Shown in pieces: positions 27,233-44,658 of a stretch of 64,000 nucleotides of DNA (positions within the stretch are counted from its first letter, which is position 1; each line of letters opens with the position of its first letter). Made by a program: the position numbers and the translations under genes. The DNA is from Escherichia phage ph0021. The stretch lies in sequence record OP557970.1; one strand, given 5' to 3'. Below the pieces are notes generated by a model that saw only the letters and a list, made by a program, of their open reading frames with translations, had not been told where the DNA came from and searched no databases.

Positions 27233-29215
27233 ATGGCAAATACCCCTGTAAATTATCAATTAACAAGAACAGCAAATGCTATTCCCGAGATATTCGTCGG
27301 GGGTACGTTTGCTGAAATAAAACAAAACCTCATTGAATGGCTTAATGGCCAAAATGAATTTTTGGATTATGATTTTGAAGGCTCAAGATTAAACGTTCTG
27401 TGCGACCTTTTAGCTTATAATACATTGTACATTCAGCAGTTTGGTAATGCTGCTGTGTATGAAAGCTTTATGCGTACTGCTAACTTACGAAGTTCAGTTG
27501 TTCAGGCTGCACAAGATAATGGATATTTACCTACTTCAAAATCCGCTGCACAGACCGAAATTATGTTAACATGCACCGACGCATTGAATAGAAATTACAT
27601 TACTATTCCTCGCGGTACTCGCTTTTTAGCATATGCAAAGGATACTTCTGTTAATCCATATAACTTCGTTTCTACCGAAGACGTTATTGCTATTCGTGAT
27701 AAAAATAACCAATATTTTCCACGTTTAAAATTGGCCCAGGGACGTATAGTAAGAACTGAAATCATTTATGATAAATTAACACCTATTATCATTTATGACA
27801 AAAATATAGATAGAAACCAAGTTAAGCTGTATGTTGATGGAGCAGAATGGATTAACTGGACAAGAAAGTCAATGGTTCATGCTGGTTCTACATCAACAAT
27901 TTACTACATGCGTGAAACTATTGATGGAAATACTGAATTTTATTTTGGTGAAGGTGAGATTTCCGTTAATGCGGCAGAAGGAGCATTGACTGCTAATTAT
28001 ATTGGAGGTCTTAAACCTACTCAGAACTCTACGATTGTTATTGAGTACATCAGTACTAACGGTGCAGATGCGAATGGCGCAGTCGGATTTTCATATGCAG
28101 ATACATTGACAAATATAACTGTCATCAACATTAATGAAAACCCAAATGATGACCCAGATTTTGTTGGAGCAGACGGCGGCGGTGACCCAGAAGATATTGA
28201 GCGTATTCGCGAATTGGGTACTATTAAACGCGAAACCCAGCAACGCTGCGTAACTGCGACTGACTATGATACATTCGTTTCAGAGAGATTTGGTTCTATT
28301 ATTCAGGCAGTTCAGACTTTCACTGATTCTACTAAACCTGGGTATGCATTTATTGCTGCTAAACCTAAATCAGGTCTGTATTTAACTACCGTACAGCGTG
28401 AAGATATTAAAAATTATCTCAAAGACTATAATTTAGCTCCTATTACACCATCAATTATTTCTCCTAATTACCTTTTTATTAAGACTAATTTAAAAGTCAC
28501 ATATGCTTTAAATAAGCTGCAAGAATCCGAACAGTGGCTCGAAGGTCAAATAATTGATAAAATTGATCGTTATTATACCGAAGATGTAGAAATTTTTAAC
28601 TCATCTTTCGCTAAATCTAAGATGTTGACATATGTAGATGATGCAGATCATTCTATCATTGGCTCATCAGCGACAATTCAAATTGTTCGTGAAGTACAAA
28701 ACTTCTATAAAACACCTGAAGCAGGTATTAAATACAATAATCAAATAAAAGACCGTTCTATGGAATCTAATACGTTTTCATTTAATTCTGGACGAAAGGT
28801 TGTAAATCCTGATACTGGTTTAGAAGAAGATGTATTATATGACGTTCGTATAGTATCAACAGACCGAGATTCTAAAGGAATTGGTAAAGTTATTATTGGT
28901 CCATTTGCTTCTGGCGATGTTACAGAAAATGAAAACATTCAGCCGTATACGGGCAACGATTTTAACAAATTAGCAAATTCTGATGGACGCGACAAATACT
29001 ATGTTATCGGTGAAATAAATTATCCAGCTGACATGATTTATTGGAATATCGCTAAAATTAATTTAACATCTGAAAAATTTGAAGTTCAGACTATTGAATT
29101 ATATTCTGACCCAACCGATGATGTTATCTTTACTCGCGATGGTTCACTGATTGTATTTGAAAATGACTTACGTCCACAATACTTAACTATCGATTTGGAG
29201 CCTATATCACAATGA
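27233..29215 (+). CDS. 6: gp6 baseplate wedge protein
   Basis: 660 aa, T4 gp6 length. Confidence 0.95.
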   Translation: MANTPVNYQLTRTANAIPEIFVGGTFAEIKQNLIEWLNGQNEFLDYDFEGSRLNVLCDLLAYNTLYIQQFGNAAVYESFMRTANLRSSVVQAAQDNGYLPTSKSAAQTEIMLTCTDALNRNYITIPRGTRFLAYAKDTSVNPYNFVSTEDVIAIRDKNNQYFPRLKLAQGRIVRTEIIYDKLTPIIIYDKNIDRNQVKLYVDGAEWINWTRKSMVHAGSTSTIYYMRETIDGNTEFYFGEGEISVNAAEGALTANYIGGLKPTQNSTIVIEYISTNGADANGAVGFSYADTLTNITVININENPNDDPDFVGADGGGDPEDIERIRELGTIKRETQQRCVTATDYDTFVSERFGSIIQAVQTFTDSTKPGYAFIAAKPKSGLYLTTVQREDIKNYLKDYNLAPITPSIISPNYLFIKTNLKVTYALNKLQESEQWLEGQIIDKIDRYYTEDVEIFNSSFAKSKMLTYVDDADHSIIGSSATIQIVREVQNFYKTPEAGIKYNNQIKDRSMESNTFSFNSGRKVVNPDTGLEEDVLYDVRIVSTDRDSKGIGKVIIGPFASGDVTENENIQPYTGNDFNKLANSDGRDKYYVIGEINYPADMIYWNIAKINLTSEKFEVQTIELYSDPTDDVIFTRDGSLIVFENDLRPQYLTIDLEPISQ

Positions 29216-32200
29216 CAGTAAAAGCACCTTCAGTCACTAGTCTCAGAATTTCCAAGTTATCCGCTAATCAGGTGCAAGTACGCTGGGATGACGTTGGTGC
29301 TAATTTCTACTATTTTGTAGAAATCGCTGAGACAAAAACAAACTCGGGGGAAAATCTCCCGAGTAATCAATATAGATGGATTAACTTAGGATATACTGCA
29401 AATAACAGCTTCTTTTTTGATGATGCTAATCCATTGACATCATACATTATCAGAGTAGCTACAGCTGCGCAAGATTTTGAGCAGTCTGATTGGATTTATA
29501 CCGAAGAGTTTGAAACTTTTGCTACAAATGCTTATACATTTCAAAACATGATTGAAATGCAATTAGCCAATAAATTCATTCAGGAAAAATTTACTCTTAA
29601 TAATTCTGATTATGTTAATTTTAATAATGACACTATAATGGCTGCATTGATGAATGAATCATTTCAATTCAGCCCATCGTATGTTGATGTTTCATCAATA
29701 AGTAATTTTATTATTGGTGAAAATGAGTATCATGAAATACAAGGTTCTATTCAGCAAGTATGTAAGGATATTAACCGAGTTTATTTGATGGAATCAGAAG
29801 GAATTCTATATCTTTTTGAGCGCTATCAACCTGTAGTTAAAGTATCCAATGATAAAGGTCAAACCTGGAAAGCTGTAAAGCTCTTCAATGATCGTGTAGG
29901 ATATCCTTTATCTAAGACTGTATATTACCAATCTGCGAGCACAACATACGTTCTAGGATACGACAAGATTTTCTATGGCCGCAAATCTACTGATGTTAAA
30001 TGGTCAGCTGATGATGTCAGATTTAGTTCGCAGGATATAACATTCGCTAAACTTGGTGATCAACTTCATTTAGGATTTGATGTTGAAATCTTTGGTACTT
30101 ATGCTACATTACCTGCAAATGTGTATCGTATAGCTGAAGCTATTACTTGCACCGATGATTACATTTACGTTGTCGCCAGAGACAAAGTTAGATACATAAA
30201 AACGAGTAATGCACCTATAGATTCTGATCCATTATCTCCAACATATTCGGAAAGACTTTTTGAACCTGATACAATGACTATAACCGGAAATCCTAAAGCA
30301 GTATGCTATAAAATGGATTCTATCGGTGATAAAGTTTTTGCTCTTATTATTGGTGAAGTTGAAACATTAAATGCTAATCCTAGAACATCAAAAATAATTG
30401 ATTCTGCTGATAAAGGAATATATGTTTTGAATCAAGACACGAAAACATGGAAAAGAGTTTTCGGTAATACCGAAGAAGAAAGAAGACGTATTCAACCTGG
30501 ATACGCAAACATGTCAACTGACGGTAAATTAGTTTCTCTGTCTTCGAGTAATTTTAAATTTTTAAGTGATAATGTTGTTAATGACCCTGAAACTGTGGTG
30601 AAATATCAGTTAATCGGTGCTGTTAAATATGAATTTCCTCGTGAATGGCTAGCCGATAAGCATTATCATATGATGGCATTTATAGCGGATGAAAAATCTG
30701 ATTGGGAAACTTTTACGCCTCAACCGATGAAATATTATGCAGAACCATTCTTTAACTGGTCTAAAAAATCTAACACACGTTGTTGGATAAACAACTCTGA
30801 CAGAGCTGTAGTAGTTTATGCTGATTTAAAATACACTAAAGTTATAGAAAATATTCCGGAAACATCGCCAGATAGATTAGTTCATGAATACTGGGATGAT
30901 GGTGATTGTACGATAGTAATGCCAAATGTTAAATTCACAGGATTTAAAAAATATGCGTCTGGGATGCTTTTTTATAAATCTTCTGGTGAAATAATTTCTT
31001 ACTATGATTTTAACTATCGAGTGAAAGACACAGTTGAAATAATTTGGAAGCCAACTGGAATATTTTTAAAAGCATTTTTACAAAACCAAGAGCGTGAAAC
31101 TCCTTGGTCACCAGAAGAAGAGCATGGATTAGCTGACCCTGATTTAAGACCATTGATTGGCACAATGATGCCTGATTCTTATTTACTACAAGATTCGAAT
31201 TTTGAGGCATTTTGCGAAGCATATATTCAATATCTTTCTGATGGATATGGAACTCAGTATAACAATTTACGAAATTTAATTCGTAACAAATATCCACGAG
31301 AAGAGCATGCATGGGAATATTTGTGGTCAGAGATATATAAAAGAAACATTTATTTAAATGCTGACAAACGTGATGCTGTTGCAAGATTTTTTGAATCACG
31401 TAGTTATGATTTTTATTCTACTAAAGGAATTGAAGCATCATACAAGTTTCTTTTTAAAGTTCTTTATAATGAAGAAGTTGAAATTGAAATTGAATCTGGG
31501 GCTGGTACTGAATATGACATAATCGTTCAATCTGATTCTTTGACTGAAGATTTAGTAGGACAAACGATTTATACAGCCACAGGAAGATGTAATGTTACTT
31601 ATATAGAAAGAAGTTATTCTAATGGTAAATTGCAATGGACCGTAACTATTCATAATCTTTTGGGAAGATTAATTGCTGGTCAAGAAGTTAAAGCAGAAAG
31701 ACTCCCTAGTTTTGAAGGCGAAATTATTCGTGGAGTTAAAGGAAAGGATTTGCTTCAAAACAATATAGACTATATTAATAGAAGTAGATCATACTATGTA
31801 ATGAAAATTAAATCCAATTTACCTTCTTCCCGCTGGAAATCTGACGTTATTCGTTTTGTTCATCCAGTAGGATTTGGATTTATAGCAATTACCCTTTTAA
31901 CGATGTTTATTAATGTTGGTTTAACTCTTAAACATACAGAGACTATAATTAATAAATACAAAAACTATAAATGGGATTCTGGATTGCCTACTGAATATGC
32001 TGATAGAGTAGCTAAATTAACTCCAACCGGTGAAATTGAGTATGATTCAGTAACAGGCGAAGCAATTTATGAACCTGGCCCAATGGCTGGTGTAAAATAT
32101 CCTCTTCCTGATGACTATAATGCTGAAAATAATAATTCAATATTTCAAGGTCAATTGCCATCTGAACGACGTAAATTAATGAGTCCTCTATTTGATGCAT

Positions 32201-32310
32201 CTGGAACAACATTTGCACAATTTAGGGATTTAGTTAATAAACGTCTAAAAGATAATATAGGAAATCCAAGAGACCCTGAAAATCCAACACAGGTTAAAAT
32301 AGATGAATGA
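29212..32310 (+). CDS. 7: gp7 baseplate wedge protein
   Basis: 1032 aa, T4 gp7 length. Confidence 0.95.
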   Translation: MTVKAPSVTSLRISKLSANQVQVRWDDVGANFYYFVEIAETKTNSGENLPSNQYRWINLGYTANNSFFFDDANPLTSYIIRVATAAQDFEQSDWIYTEEFETFATNAYTFQNMIEMQLANKFIQEKFTLNNSDYVNFNNDTIMAALMNESFQFSPSYVDVSSISNFIIGENEYHEIQGSIQQVCKDINRVYLMESEGILYLFERYQPVVKVSNDKGQTWKAVKLFNDRVGYPLSKTVYYQSASTTYVLGYDKIFYGRKSTDVKWSADDVRFSSQDITFAKLGDQLHLGFDVEIFGTYATLPANVYRIAEAITCTDDYIYVVARDKVRYIKTSNAPIDSDPLSPTYSERLFEPDTMTITGNPKAVCYKMDSIGDKVFALIIGEVETLNANPRTSKIIDSADKGIYVLNQDTKTWKRVFGNTEEERRRIQPGYANMSTDGKLVSLSSSNFKFLSDNVVNDPETVVKYQLIGAVKYEFPREWLADKHYHMMAFIADEKSDWETFTPQPMKYYAEPFFNWSKKSNTRCWINNSDRAVVVYADLKYTKVIENIPETSPDRLVHEYWDDGDCTIVMPNVKFTGFKKYASGMLFYKSSGEIISYYDFNYRVKDTVEIIWKPTGIFLKAFLQNQERETPWSPEEEHGLADPDLRPLIGTMMPDSYLLQDSNFEAFCEAYIQYLSDGYGTQYNNLRNLIRNKYPREEHAWEYLWSEIYKRNIYLNADKRDAVARFFESRSYDFYSTKGIEASYKFLFKVLYNEEVEIEIESGAGTEYDIIVQSDSLTEDLVGQTIYTATGRCNVTYIERSYSNGKLQWTVTIHNLLGRLIAGQEVKAERLPSFEGEIIRGVKGKDLLQNNIDYINRSRSYYVMKIKSNLPSSRWKSDVIRFVHPVGFGFIAITLLTMFINVGLTLKHTETIINKYKNYKWDSGLPTEYADRVAKLTPTGEIEYDSVTGEAIYEPGPMAGVKYPLPDDYNAENNNSIFQGQLPSERRKLMSPLFDASGTTFAQFRDLVNKRLKDNIGNPRDPENPTQVKIDE

Positions 32311-33307
32311 TTCAAGTGTTATCTATCGTGCGATAGTTACTTCAAAATTTAGAACAGAAAAAATGTTGAATTTTTATAATTCAATTGGAAGTGGTCCGGA
32401 TAAAAACACTATCTTTATTACATTTGGAAGATCAGAACCATGGTCATCAAACGAAAATGAGGTGGGATTTGCCCCACCTTATCCCACCGATTCTGTGTTA
32501 GGTGTAACTGACATGTGGACGCATATGATGGGAACAGTAAAGGTTCTTCCATCAATGCTTGATGCAGTTATTCCTCGTCGAGATTGGGGAGATACTAGAT
32601 ATCCGGATCCGTATACATTTAGAATTAACGATATTGTAGTGTGTAACTCAGCTCCTTACAACGCTACTGAATCAGGCGCAGGCTGGTTAGTATATCGTTG
32701 TTTAGATGTTCCTGATACCGGAATGTGTTCAATCGCATCTTTAACTGATAAGGATGAATGCCTTAAATTAGGCGGAAAATGGACACCTTCTGTTAGGTCA
32801 ATGACTCCTCCTGAAGGTCGAGGAGATGCTGAAGGAACAATTGAACCTGGGGACGGGTATGTATGGGAATATCTTTTTGAGATTCCACCCGATGTATCTA
32901 TAAATAGATGCACGAATGAATATATCGTGGTTCCTTGGCCTGAGGAATTAAAAGAAGACCCGACTAGATGGGGATATGAAGATAATCTCACTTGGCAGCA
33001 AGATGATTTTGGATTAATTTACCGGGTTAAGGCAAATACTATCCGTTTTAAAGCATATTTAGATTCAGTTTACTTTCCTGATGCTGCATTGCCAGGAAAT
33101 AAAGGATTTAGACAAATATCAATAATTACGAATCCTCTTGAAGCTAAAGCTCATCCAAATGACCCAAACGTTAAAGCTGAAAAGGATTATTATGATCCAG
33201 AAGATTTAATGAGGCATTCGGGCGAAATGATTTATATGGAAAATAGGCCACCTATTATCATGGCAATGGATCAAACAGAAGAAATCAATATTCTGTTTAC
33301 ATTTTAA
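32303..33307 (+). CDS. 8: gp8 baseplate wedge protein
   Basis: 334 aa, T4 gp8 length. Confidence 0.95.
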   Translation: MNDSSVIYRAIVTSKFRTEKMLNFYNSIGSGPDKNTIFITFGRSEPWSSNENEVGFAPPYPTDSVLGVTDMWTHMMGTVKVLPSMLDAVIPRRDWGDTRYPDPYTFRINDIVVCNSAPYNATESGAGWLVYRCLDVPDTGMCSIASLTDKDECLKLGGKWTPSVRSMTPPEGRGDAEGTIEPGDGYVWEYLFEIPPDVSINRCTNEYIVVPWPEELKEDPTRWGYEDNLTWQQDDFGLIYRVKANTIRFKAYLDSVYFPDAALPGNKGFRQISIITNPLEAKAHPNDPNVKAEKDYYDPEDLMRHSGEMIYMENRPPIIMAMDQTEEINILFTF

Positions 33308-33312
33308 ATTAA

Positions 33313-33337
33313 GGGAGCCCATGGGCTCCCTTTTTCT
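33313..33337 (+). terminator. Rho-independent terminator after gene 8
   Basis: GGGAGCCC-AU-GGGCUCCC followed by UUUUU. Confidence 0.55.
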
Positions 33338-33338
33338 T

Positions 33339-33346
33339 TATAAATA
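33339..33346 (+). promoter_or_regulatory. Late promoter (TATAAATA) for gene 9
   Basis: TATAAATA about 25 nt upstream of the gp9 ATG. Confidence 0.6.
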
Positions 33347-33370
33347 CTATAAACTCATAAGGAAACCGCT

Positions 33371-34237
33371 ATGTTCATTCAAGAACCAAAGAAATTGATT
33401 GATACCGGCGAAATTGGTAACGCTTCTACTGGTGATATCTTATTCGACGGTGGTAATAAAATTAATAGTGATTTTAACGCAATTTATAATGCGTTTGGCG
33501 ATCAGCGTAAAATGGCAGTAGCAAATGGCACTGGAGCAGATGGTCAAATTATCCATGCTACTGGGTATTATCAAAAACACTCTATTACAGAGTACGCAAC
33601 TCCAGTGAAAGTTGGCACTAGACATGATATTGATACCTCTACTGTAGGTGTTAAAGTTATTATTGAAAGAGGCGAACTCGGCGATTGTGTTGAATTCATT
33701 AACTCTAATGGATCAATATCAGTTACTAATCCTTTAACAATTCAAGCTATTGATTCAATTAAAGGTGTTTCAGGTAATTTAGTAGTAACTAGCCCATATA
33801 GTAAAGTAACTTTACGCTGTATTTCATCTGATAATTCTACATCGGTTTGGAATTATTCTATTGAAAGTATGTTTGGACAAAAGGAATCACCAGCTGAAGG
33901 TACATGGAATATTTCTACATCCGGATCAGTTGATATTCCACTATTTCATCGCACTGAATACAATATGGCTAAATTGTTAGTTACGTGCCAATCGGTAGAT
34001 GGAAGAAAAATTAAAACGGCAGAAATAAATATTCTTGTAGATGCTGTTAATTCAGAAGTCATTTCTTCTGAATATGCTGTCATGCGGGTTGGAAATGAAA
34101 CAGAAGAAGACGAAATCGCTAATATTGCATTTAGTATTAAAGAAAATTATGTAACGGCAACTATAAGTTCTTCAACTGTCGGTATGAGAGCAGCAGTTAA
34201 AGTTATCGCTACGCAGAAAATCGGGGTGGCTCAATAA
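33371..34237 (+). CDS. 9: gp9 baseplate protein (long tail fibre socket)
   Basis: 288 aa, T4 gp9 length. Confidence 0.95.
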   Translation: MFIQEPKKLIDTGEIGNASTGDILFDGGNKINSDFNAIYNAFGDQRKMAVANGTGADGQIIHATGYYQKHSITEYATPVKVGTRHDIDTSTVGVKVIIERGELGDCVEFINSNGSISVTNPLTIQAIDSIKGVSGNLVVTSPYSKVTLRCISSDNSTSVWNYSIESMFGQKESPAEGTWNISTSGSVDIPLFHRTEYNMAKLLVTCQSVDGRKIKTAEINILVDAVNSEVISSEYAVMRVGNETEEDEIANIAFSIKENYVTATISSSTVGMRAAVKVIATQKIGVAQ

Positions 34238-36042
34238 TGAAACAAAATATTAATATCGGTAATGTTGTAGATGATGGTACCGGTGACTACCTGCGTAAAG
34301 GTGGTATAAAAATAAATGAAAACTTTGATGAGCTTTATTATGAACTTGGTGACGGTGATGTTCCATATTCAGCTGGTGCCTGGAAAACTTATAATGCTTC
34401 ATCAGGACAAACACTAACAGCAGAATGGGGAAAATCATACGCTATTAATACTTCGTCTGGAAGAGTAACACTGCAACTTCCTAAAGGAACTGTTAATGAT
34501 TATAATAAAGTAATTAGAGCTAGGGATGTATTTGCAACATGGAATGTTAATCCAGTTACTTTAGTAGCCGCTTCTGGTGATACTATCAAAGGATCATCGT
34601 CATCGGTTGAAATTAACGTTCAATTTAGTGATTTAGAGCTAGTTTATTGCGCTCCGGGCCGTTGGGAATATGTCAAAAATAAACAAATTGACAAAATTAT
34701 TAGTTCAGACATTAGCAATGTAGCTCGTAAAGAATTTTTAGTCGAAGTTCAAGGACAAACAGACTTTTTAGATATTTTCCGTGGAACTAGTTATAATGTT
34801 AATAACATCCGAGTAAAACATCGTGGTAACGAATTGTATTACGGTGATGTATTTAGCGAAAACAGTGACTTTGGCTCTCCGGGCGAAAATGAAGGCGAAT
34901 TAGTTCCTCTTGATGGATTTAATATTCGATTAAGACAGCCTTGTAATATTGGTGACACCGTTCAAATTGAAACATTTATGGATGGTGTATCGCAATGGAG
35001 AAGTTCATATACAAGACGCCAAATAAAAGTACTGGATTCAAAACTAACATCAAAGACTTCTTTAGAAGGAAGCATTTATGTTACTGATTTATCGGCGATG
35101 AAATCAATTCCATTTTCTGCATTTGGATTAATTCCTGGTGAACCCATTAATCCTAACTCTCTTGAGGTTCGTTTTAATGGAATTTTACAGCAGCAGGCTG
35201 GAACAGCTGGATATCCTCTGTTTTTGTGTGAAGGCGCTAATTCAGATACGCAAGAAGGATGTATATCTCTTGGCGGCGAATGGAAAGAATCAAACACCGA
35301 TTATTCTATAGAATATGAAGACGGAAAACCTATCAGTCTTTTATTTGATAGAAAATTTGAATCCGGTGACATTATCGTTATAACATGGTTCAATAATGAT
35401 TTAGGAACTCTTTTAGAAAAAGATGACATTATTGAATTAACGGATGACCGTTATGTTAGCAAAGGATCATCTACCGAAGTTACTGGTGATGTAGCCTTAA
35501 CGGATTTTGATAAAATCGGTTGGCCAAATGTTGAAAAAGTTGATTCTTATACTAGAACGTATAATTCAATATCATCTATTTTCGATAGCATTTATCCTGT
35601 AGGTTCAATTTATGAAAATGCTATAAATCCAAATAATCCGGCGACTTATATGGGATTTGGTTCATGGAAATTATTTGGTAAAGGACAGGTTTTAGTAGGA
35701 TGGAATGATGATGTTACGGATCCAAACTTTGCTTTAAACAATAATGATTTAGATTCTAGCGGAAATCCTTCACATACTGCCGGTGGAACAGTTGGAACAA
35801 CAACAGTGACACTTGAGAATGCAAATCTTCCTGCAACTAAAACCGACGAAAGAGTTTTAATTGAAGACGAAAACGGATCAGTTATTATTGGAGGTTGCCA
35901 ATATGACCCAGATGAAACTGGTCCTATATATACAAAATATCGTGAAGACTACGCAACAACAAACTCTTCACATACTCCTCCTGCTAATATTAGTAATATT
36001 CAACCGTCTATTACTGTATACCGTTGGATAAGGATTGCATAA
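34237..36042 (+). CDS. 10: gp10 baseplate wedge / short tail fibre attachment protein
   Basis: 601 aa, close to T4 gp10 length. Confidence 0.95.
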   Translation: MKQNINIGNVVDDGTGDYLRKGGIKINENFDELYYELGDGDVPYSAGAWKTYNASSGQTLTAEWGKSYAINTSSGRVTLQLPKGTVNDYNKVIRARDVFATWNVNPVTLVAASGDTIKGSSSSVEINVQFSDLELVYCAPGRWEYVKNKQIDKIISSDISNVARKEFLVEVQGQTDFLDIFRGTSYNVNNIRVKHRGNELYYGDVFSENSDFGSPGENEGELVPLDGFNIRLRQPCNIGDTVQIETFMDGVSQWRSSYTRRQIKVLDSKLTSKTSLEGSIYVTDLSAMKSIPFSAFGLIPGEPINPNSLEVRFNGILQQQAGTAGYPLFLCEGANSDTQEGCISLGGEWKESNTDYSIEYEDGKPISLLFDRKFESGDIIVITWFNNDLGTLLEKDDIIELTDDRYVSKGSSTEVTGDVALTDFDKIGWPNVEKVDSYTRTYNSISSIFDSIYPVGSIYENAINPNNPATYMGFGSWKLFGKGQVLVGWNDDVTDPNFALNNNDLDSSGNPSHTAGGTVGTTTVTLENANLPATKTDERVLIEDENGSVIIGGCQYDPDETGPIYTKYREDYATTNSSHTPPANISNIQPSITVYRWIRIA

Positions 36043-36701
36043 TGAGTTTACTTAATAATAAAGCGGGAGTTATTTCCCGCTTAGCAGATTTTCTTGGTTT
36101 TAGAACTAAGAAAAATGATATTTCGGTTATGAATAATCAGCCAGTAGGCGCTGTAACAATTTCACAAATAGCAAAAGGTTTTTATGACCCAAATGTAGAA
36201 TCTGCTATCAATGATGTTAGAAATATGGCAGAGCAACAGGTTGGAGCTGTATTAGTTAATATAAGCGGCGTATCTCCTACTGGCGTGCAACAAACAGACT
36301 ATTGGTCATTTGAAGGAACCGTTACTGATACTTCAGCCAAACCAGGTGATCCAGTTATTGTTAACATGTTTGGTATTCCAGTTAAAGCTACTAATGGAAT
36401 GACTTCAATTGAATTTACTAGTGCTGTTAGAACAGCTCTACAGGAAATGGTTGTAAAATTTATTGCAATTGATTCATTTGAAGACCATCCTACTATAGGG
36501 AATAAAATACAAGTTAAGTATTTAGATAACCAAGAACATATCTTAGAGCAATACTCCGATAAAGGAATTACTTTCAAACAAGAAATAATTTCTCCTTCTA
36601 AACCCGGGTATGGAACTTGGCAATTATTAGGTGCGCAAACTGTTACGCTAGATAGTCACACACAACCTACAGTATTTTATTATTTTGAGAGAATAGCATG
36701 A
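36042..36701 (+). CDS. 11: gp11 baseplate wedge protein
   Basis: ORF 36024..36701 trimmed to [13 protein letters not shown] giving 219 aa (T4 gp11 length); ATGA overlap with gene 10 stop. Confidence 0.9.
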   Translation: MSLLNNKAGVISRLADFLGFRTKKNDISVMNNQPVGAVTISQIAKGFYDPNVESAINDVRNMAEQQVGAVLVNISGVSPTGVQQTDYWSFEGTVTDTSAKPGDPVIVNMFGIPVKATNGMTSIEFTSAVRTALQEMVVKFIAIDSFEDHPTIGNKIQVKYLDNQEHILEQYSDKGITFKQEIISPSKPGYGTWQLLGAQTVTLDSHTQPTVFYYFERIA

Positions 36702-38248
36702 GTAACAATACATATCAGCACGTATCAAATGAATCAAAATATGTTAAATTCGATCCCACTGGATCGAATTTTCCTGGCACTGTTACGACAGTACAGTCTG
36801 CATTATCAAAAATAAGTAATATCGGCGTAAATGGTATTCCTGATGCAACTATGGAAGTTAAAGGAATAGCAATGATTGCATCAGAGCAAGAGGTTTTAGA
36901 TGGAACAAATAATTCTAAAATCGTTACACCAGCTACATTAGCAACAAGATTATTGTATCCAAATGCTACTGAAACTAAATATGGTTTAACGCGCTATTCA
37001 ACAAATGAAGAAACATTAGAAGGCTCAGATAATAATTCATCAATAACGCCGCAAAAACTGAAATACCATACTGATGATGTGTTCCAAAATAGATATTCGT
37101 CTGAGTCATCAAACGGGGTTATTAAAATATCATCTACGCCTGCGGCTTTGGCTGGTGTTGATGATACTACGGCGATGACTCCGCTAAAAACCCAAAAACT
37201 CGCAATAAAATTAATTTCACAAATAGCTCCTTCCGAAGATACTGCATCAGAATCTGTGAGAGGTGTGGTTCAATTATCAACTGTTGCGCAAACTCGTCAA
37301 GGAACTCTCCGCGAAGGATATGCAATTTCTCCGTATACCTTTATGAATTCTGTTGCAACACAAGAATATAAGGGTGTTATACGTTTAGGAACACAATCGG
37401 AAATTAACAGTAATTTAGGAGATGTTGCAGTAACAGGTGAAACACTAAATGGTCGAGGAGCTACTGGTTCTATGCGTGGAGTAGTTAAATTAACGACGCA
37501 AGCCGGTATTGCCCCTGAAGGTGATAGTTCTGGAGCATTAGCGTGGAACGCAGATGTAATTAATACGCGTGGTGGACAAACTATTAATGGTTCTTTAAAT
37601 TTAGACCATCTTACAGCAAATGGAATTTGGTCACGCGGTGGAATGTGGAAAAATGGCGATCAACCTGTTGCCACTGAAAGATATGCGTCCGAACGAGTTC
37701 CGGTTGGAACTATTATGATGTTTGCGGGTGATTCAGCACCTCCAGGTTGGATTATGTGTCATGGTGGAACCGTGTCAGGTGACCAATTTCCTGATTATAG
37801 AAACGTAGTTGGAACAAGATTTGGTGGCGATTGGAATAATCCTGGCGTTCCTGATATGCGGGGTCTTTTCGTCAGAGGAGCTGGCACAGGCGGTCATATT
37901 TTAAATCAACGAGGACAAGATGGTTATGGAAAGGATAGACTTGGCGTAGGATGTGACGGAATGCATGTTGGTGGTGTTCAAGCACAACAAATGTCATACC
38001 ATAAACACGCCGGTGGTTGGGGGGAATATAACAGAAGTGAAGGCCCATTTGGCGCGTCTGTTTATCAAGGATATCTTGGAACTAGAAAATATGCCGACTG
38101 GGATAATGCTTCATACTTCACTAATGATGGATTTGAATTAGGCGGACCGAGAGATGCCCTTGGTACACTTAATCGTGAAGGATTAATTGGTTATGAAACT
38201 AGACCATGGAATATATCATTAAACTATATTATTAAAGTTCATTACTAA
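36698..38248 (+). CDS. 12: gp12 short tail fibre
   Basis: 516 aa; T4 gp12 position; C-terminal receptor-binding region. Confidence 0.9.
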   Translation: MSNNTYQHVSNESKYVKFDPTGSNFPGTVTTVQSALSKISNIGVNGIPDATMEVKGIAMIASEQEVLDGTNNSKIVTPATLATRLLYPNATETKYGLTRYSTNEETLEGSDNNSSITPQKLKYHTDDVFQNRYSSESSNGVIKISSTPAALAGVDDTTAMTPLKTQKLAIKLISQIAPSEDTASESVRGVVQLSTVAQTRQGTLREGYAISPYTFMNSVATQEYKGVIRLGTQSEINSNLGDVAVTGETLNGRGATGSMRGVVKLTTQAGIAPEGDSSGALAWNADVINTRGGQTINGSLNLDHLTANGIWSRGGMWKNGDQPVATERYASERVPVGTIMMFAGDSAPPGWIMCHGGTVSGDQFPDYRNVVGTRFGGDWNNPGVPDMRGLFVRGAGTGGHILNQRGQDGYGKDRLGVGCDGMHVGGVQAQQMSYHKHAGGWGEYNRSEGPFGASVYQGYLGTRKYADWDNASYFTNDGFELGGPRDALGTLNREGLIGYETRPWNISLNYIIKVHY

Positions 38249-38257
38249 GGATTACAA

Positions 38258-39715
38258 ATGATTGAATTAAAAGATTTACCTTTTGTTGATAGCGTTCCTG
38301 ATGAAGGTCAGGAACGTATTTCATGGATTAAAAATGGTGAAGAAATACTAGGAGCTAGCACTAAGTATGGAAACGATGGATCAATGAATAGACCAATTGT
38401 TTCCGTGTTTAAAAATGTTGAGGTTCTTGACGAAAATATAGGAATTCTTAAAACTGCCATTGAAACATCGCAGAAAGATATTAAAACAATTCAAGGAGTT
38501 TTAGATGTATCAGGAGATATAGAAGCACTATCGCAGATCAGTGTTAATAAAAATGACATATCAAATTTAAAGACACTTACTAATGAACACACTGATATAT
38601 TAACTGGAACTAATAATACAGTTGACAAAATTATTGCTGATATAGGTCCATTTAATGATGAAGAAAACTCTGTTTATAGAACAATTAGAAATGATTTATT
38701 GTGGATTAAACAAGAACTAGGGCAATATTCTGGCCAAGACATTAACGGTCTTCCTGTTGTTGGTAATGCTAGCACAGGAATGAAACATAGAATAATAACA
38801 AATAGTACATTATTATCTTCACAAGGCATTCGTTTAAGTGAATTAGAAAATAAATTTACTGAATCTGACGTAGGATCATTGACGGTTGAAGTTGGTAAAT
38901 TACGCGATGAACTTGGTAATAAACCAGTAGATTTTGGACCAAATATTTATAATAGATTAAACACTATAGATGATAAACAAACTTTAATAAATTCTGATAT
39001 AGCAGAAATTAAATCTTCTATTGGATACCCAGAAAATGTTTCTATAATAACAGAAATTAATAATAACAAAAGTAGCATTGAATCTATTAATAATGAATTA
39101 AATCAGAGTGAAGGTGTTAAACAGCGCTTAACGGCTATTGAAACTTCTATAGGTTCAGATGATATTCCTTCTAGTATTAAAGGAAAAATTAAAAATCACA
39201 CAACTTCTATTGAGTCTTTAAACGGAATTGTTGGTGAAAACACTTCGTCTGGTTTAAGAGCGAATGTTTCGTGGTTAAATCAAATTGTTGGAACTGACTC
39301 CAGCGGAGGACAACCGTCTCCTTCTGGATCTCTATTAAATAAAGTTTCAGTGCTTGAAGGAGAAGTTTCAGTTTTAAACAATAATGTTCAAAATATACAA
39401 GTTGAAATAGGAAATAATAGAACAGGAATTAAAGGTCAAGTTATTGAACTTACTTCACTTATAAATGGAAATAATCCTGACGGATCAACTGTTGAAGAAC
39501 GAGGATTAACTAATTCTATAAAAACGAATGAAACTAACATTGCGGCAGTCACGCATGAAGTAAATACAGCTAAAGACAATATATCCTCTTTACAGAGCAG
39601 CGTTCAAGCTCTACAAGAAGCGGGTTATATTCCTGAAGCTCCAAAAGATGGCCAAGCTTACGTTCGTAAAGACGGCGAATGGGTACTACTTTCTACCTTT
39701 TTATCACCAGCATAA
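38258..39715 (+). CDS. wac: Fibritin (whisker antigen control) with C-terminal foldon
   Basis: 485 aa; C-terminal [27 protein letters not shown] foldon. Confidence 0.95.
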   Translation: MIELKDLPFVDSVPDEGQERISWIKNGEEILGASTKYGNDGSMNRPIVSVFKNVEVLDENIGILKTAIETSQKDIKTIQGVLDVSGDIEALSQISVNKNDISNLKTLTNEHTDILTGTNNTVDKIIADIGPFNDEENSVYRTIRNDLLWIKQELGQYSGQDINGLPVVGNASTGMKHRIITNSTLLSSQGIRLSELENKFTESDVGSLTVEVGKLRDELGNKPVDFGPNIYNRLNTIDDKQTLINSDIAEIKSSIGYPENVSIITEINNNKSSIESINNELNQSEGVKQRLTAIETSIGSDDIPSSIKGKIKNHTTSIESLNGIVGENTSSGLRANVSWLNQIVGTDSSGGQPSPSGSLLNKVSVLEGEVSVLNNNVQNIQVEIGNNRTGIKGQVIELTSLINGNNPDGSTVEERGLTNSIKTNETNIAAVTHEVNTAKDNISSLQSSVQALQEAGYIPEAPKDGQAYVRKDGEWVLLSTFLSPA

Positions 39716-39746
39716 CATGGGGCCGCAAGGCCCCAAAGGATTTTAA

Positions 39747-41448
<1,702 letters not shown>

Positions 41449-41489
41449 TAAATATTATAAACTAATTAAAGCCCAGATTAGGAGAAATC

Positions 41490-44630
<3,141 letters not shown>

Positions 44631-44658
44631 TATTAAAGCATATTAAAGAGGATTAAAA

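Noticed and set aside
36024-36041. Upstream start for gene 11 at 36024
   Set aside because: The recognisable gp11 N-terminus [13 protein letters not shown] begins at 36042, giving the T4 length of 219 aa with an ATGA overlap to gene 10.
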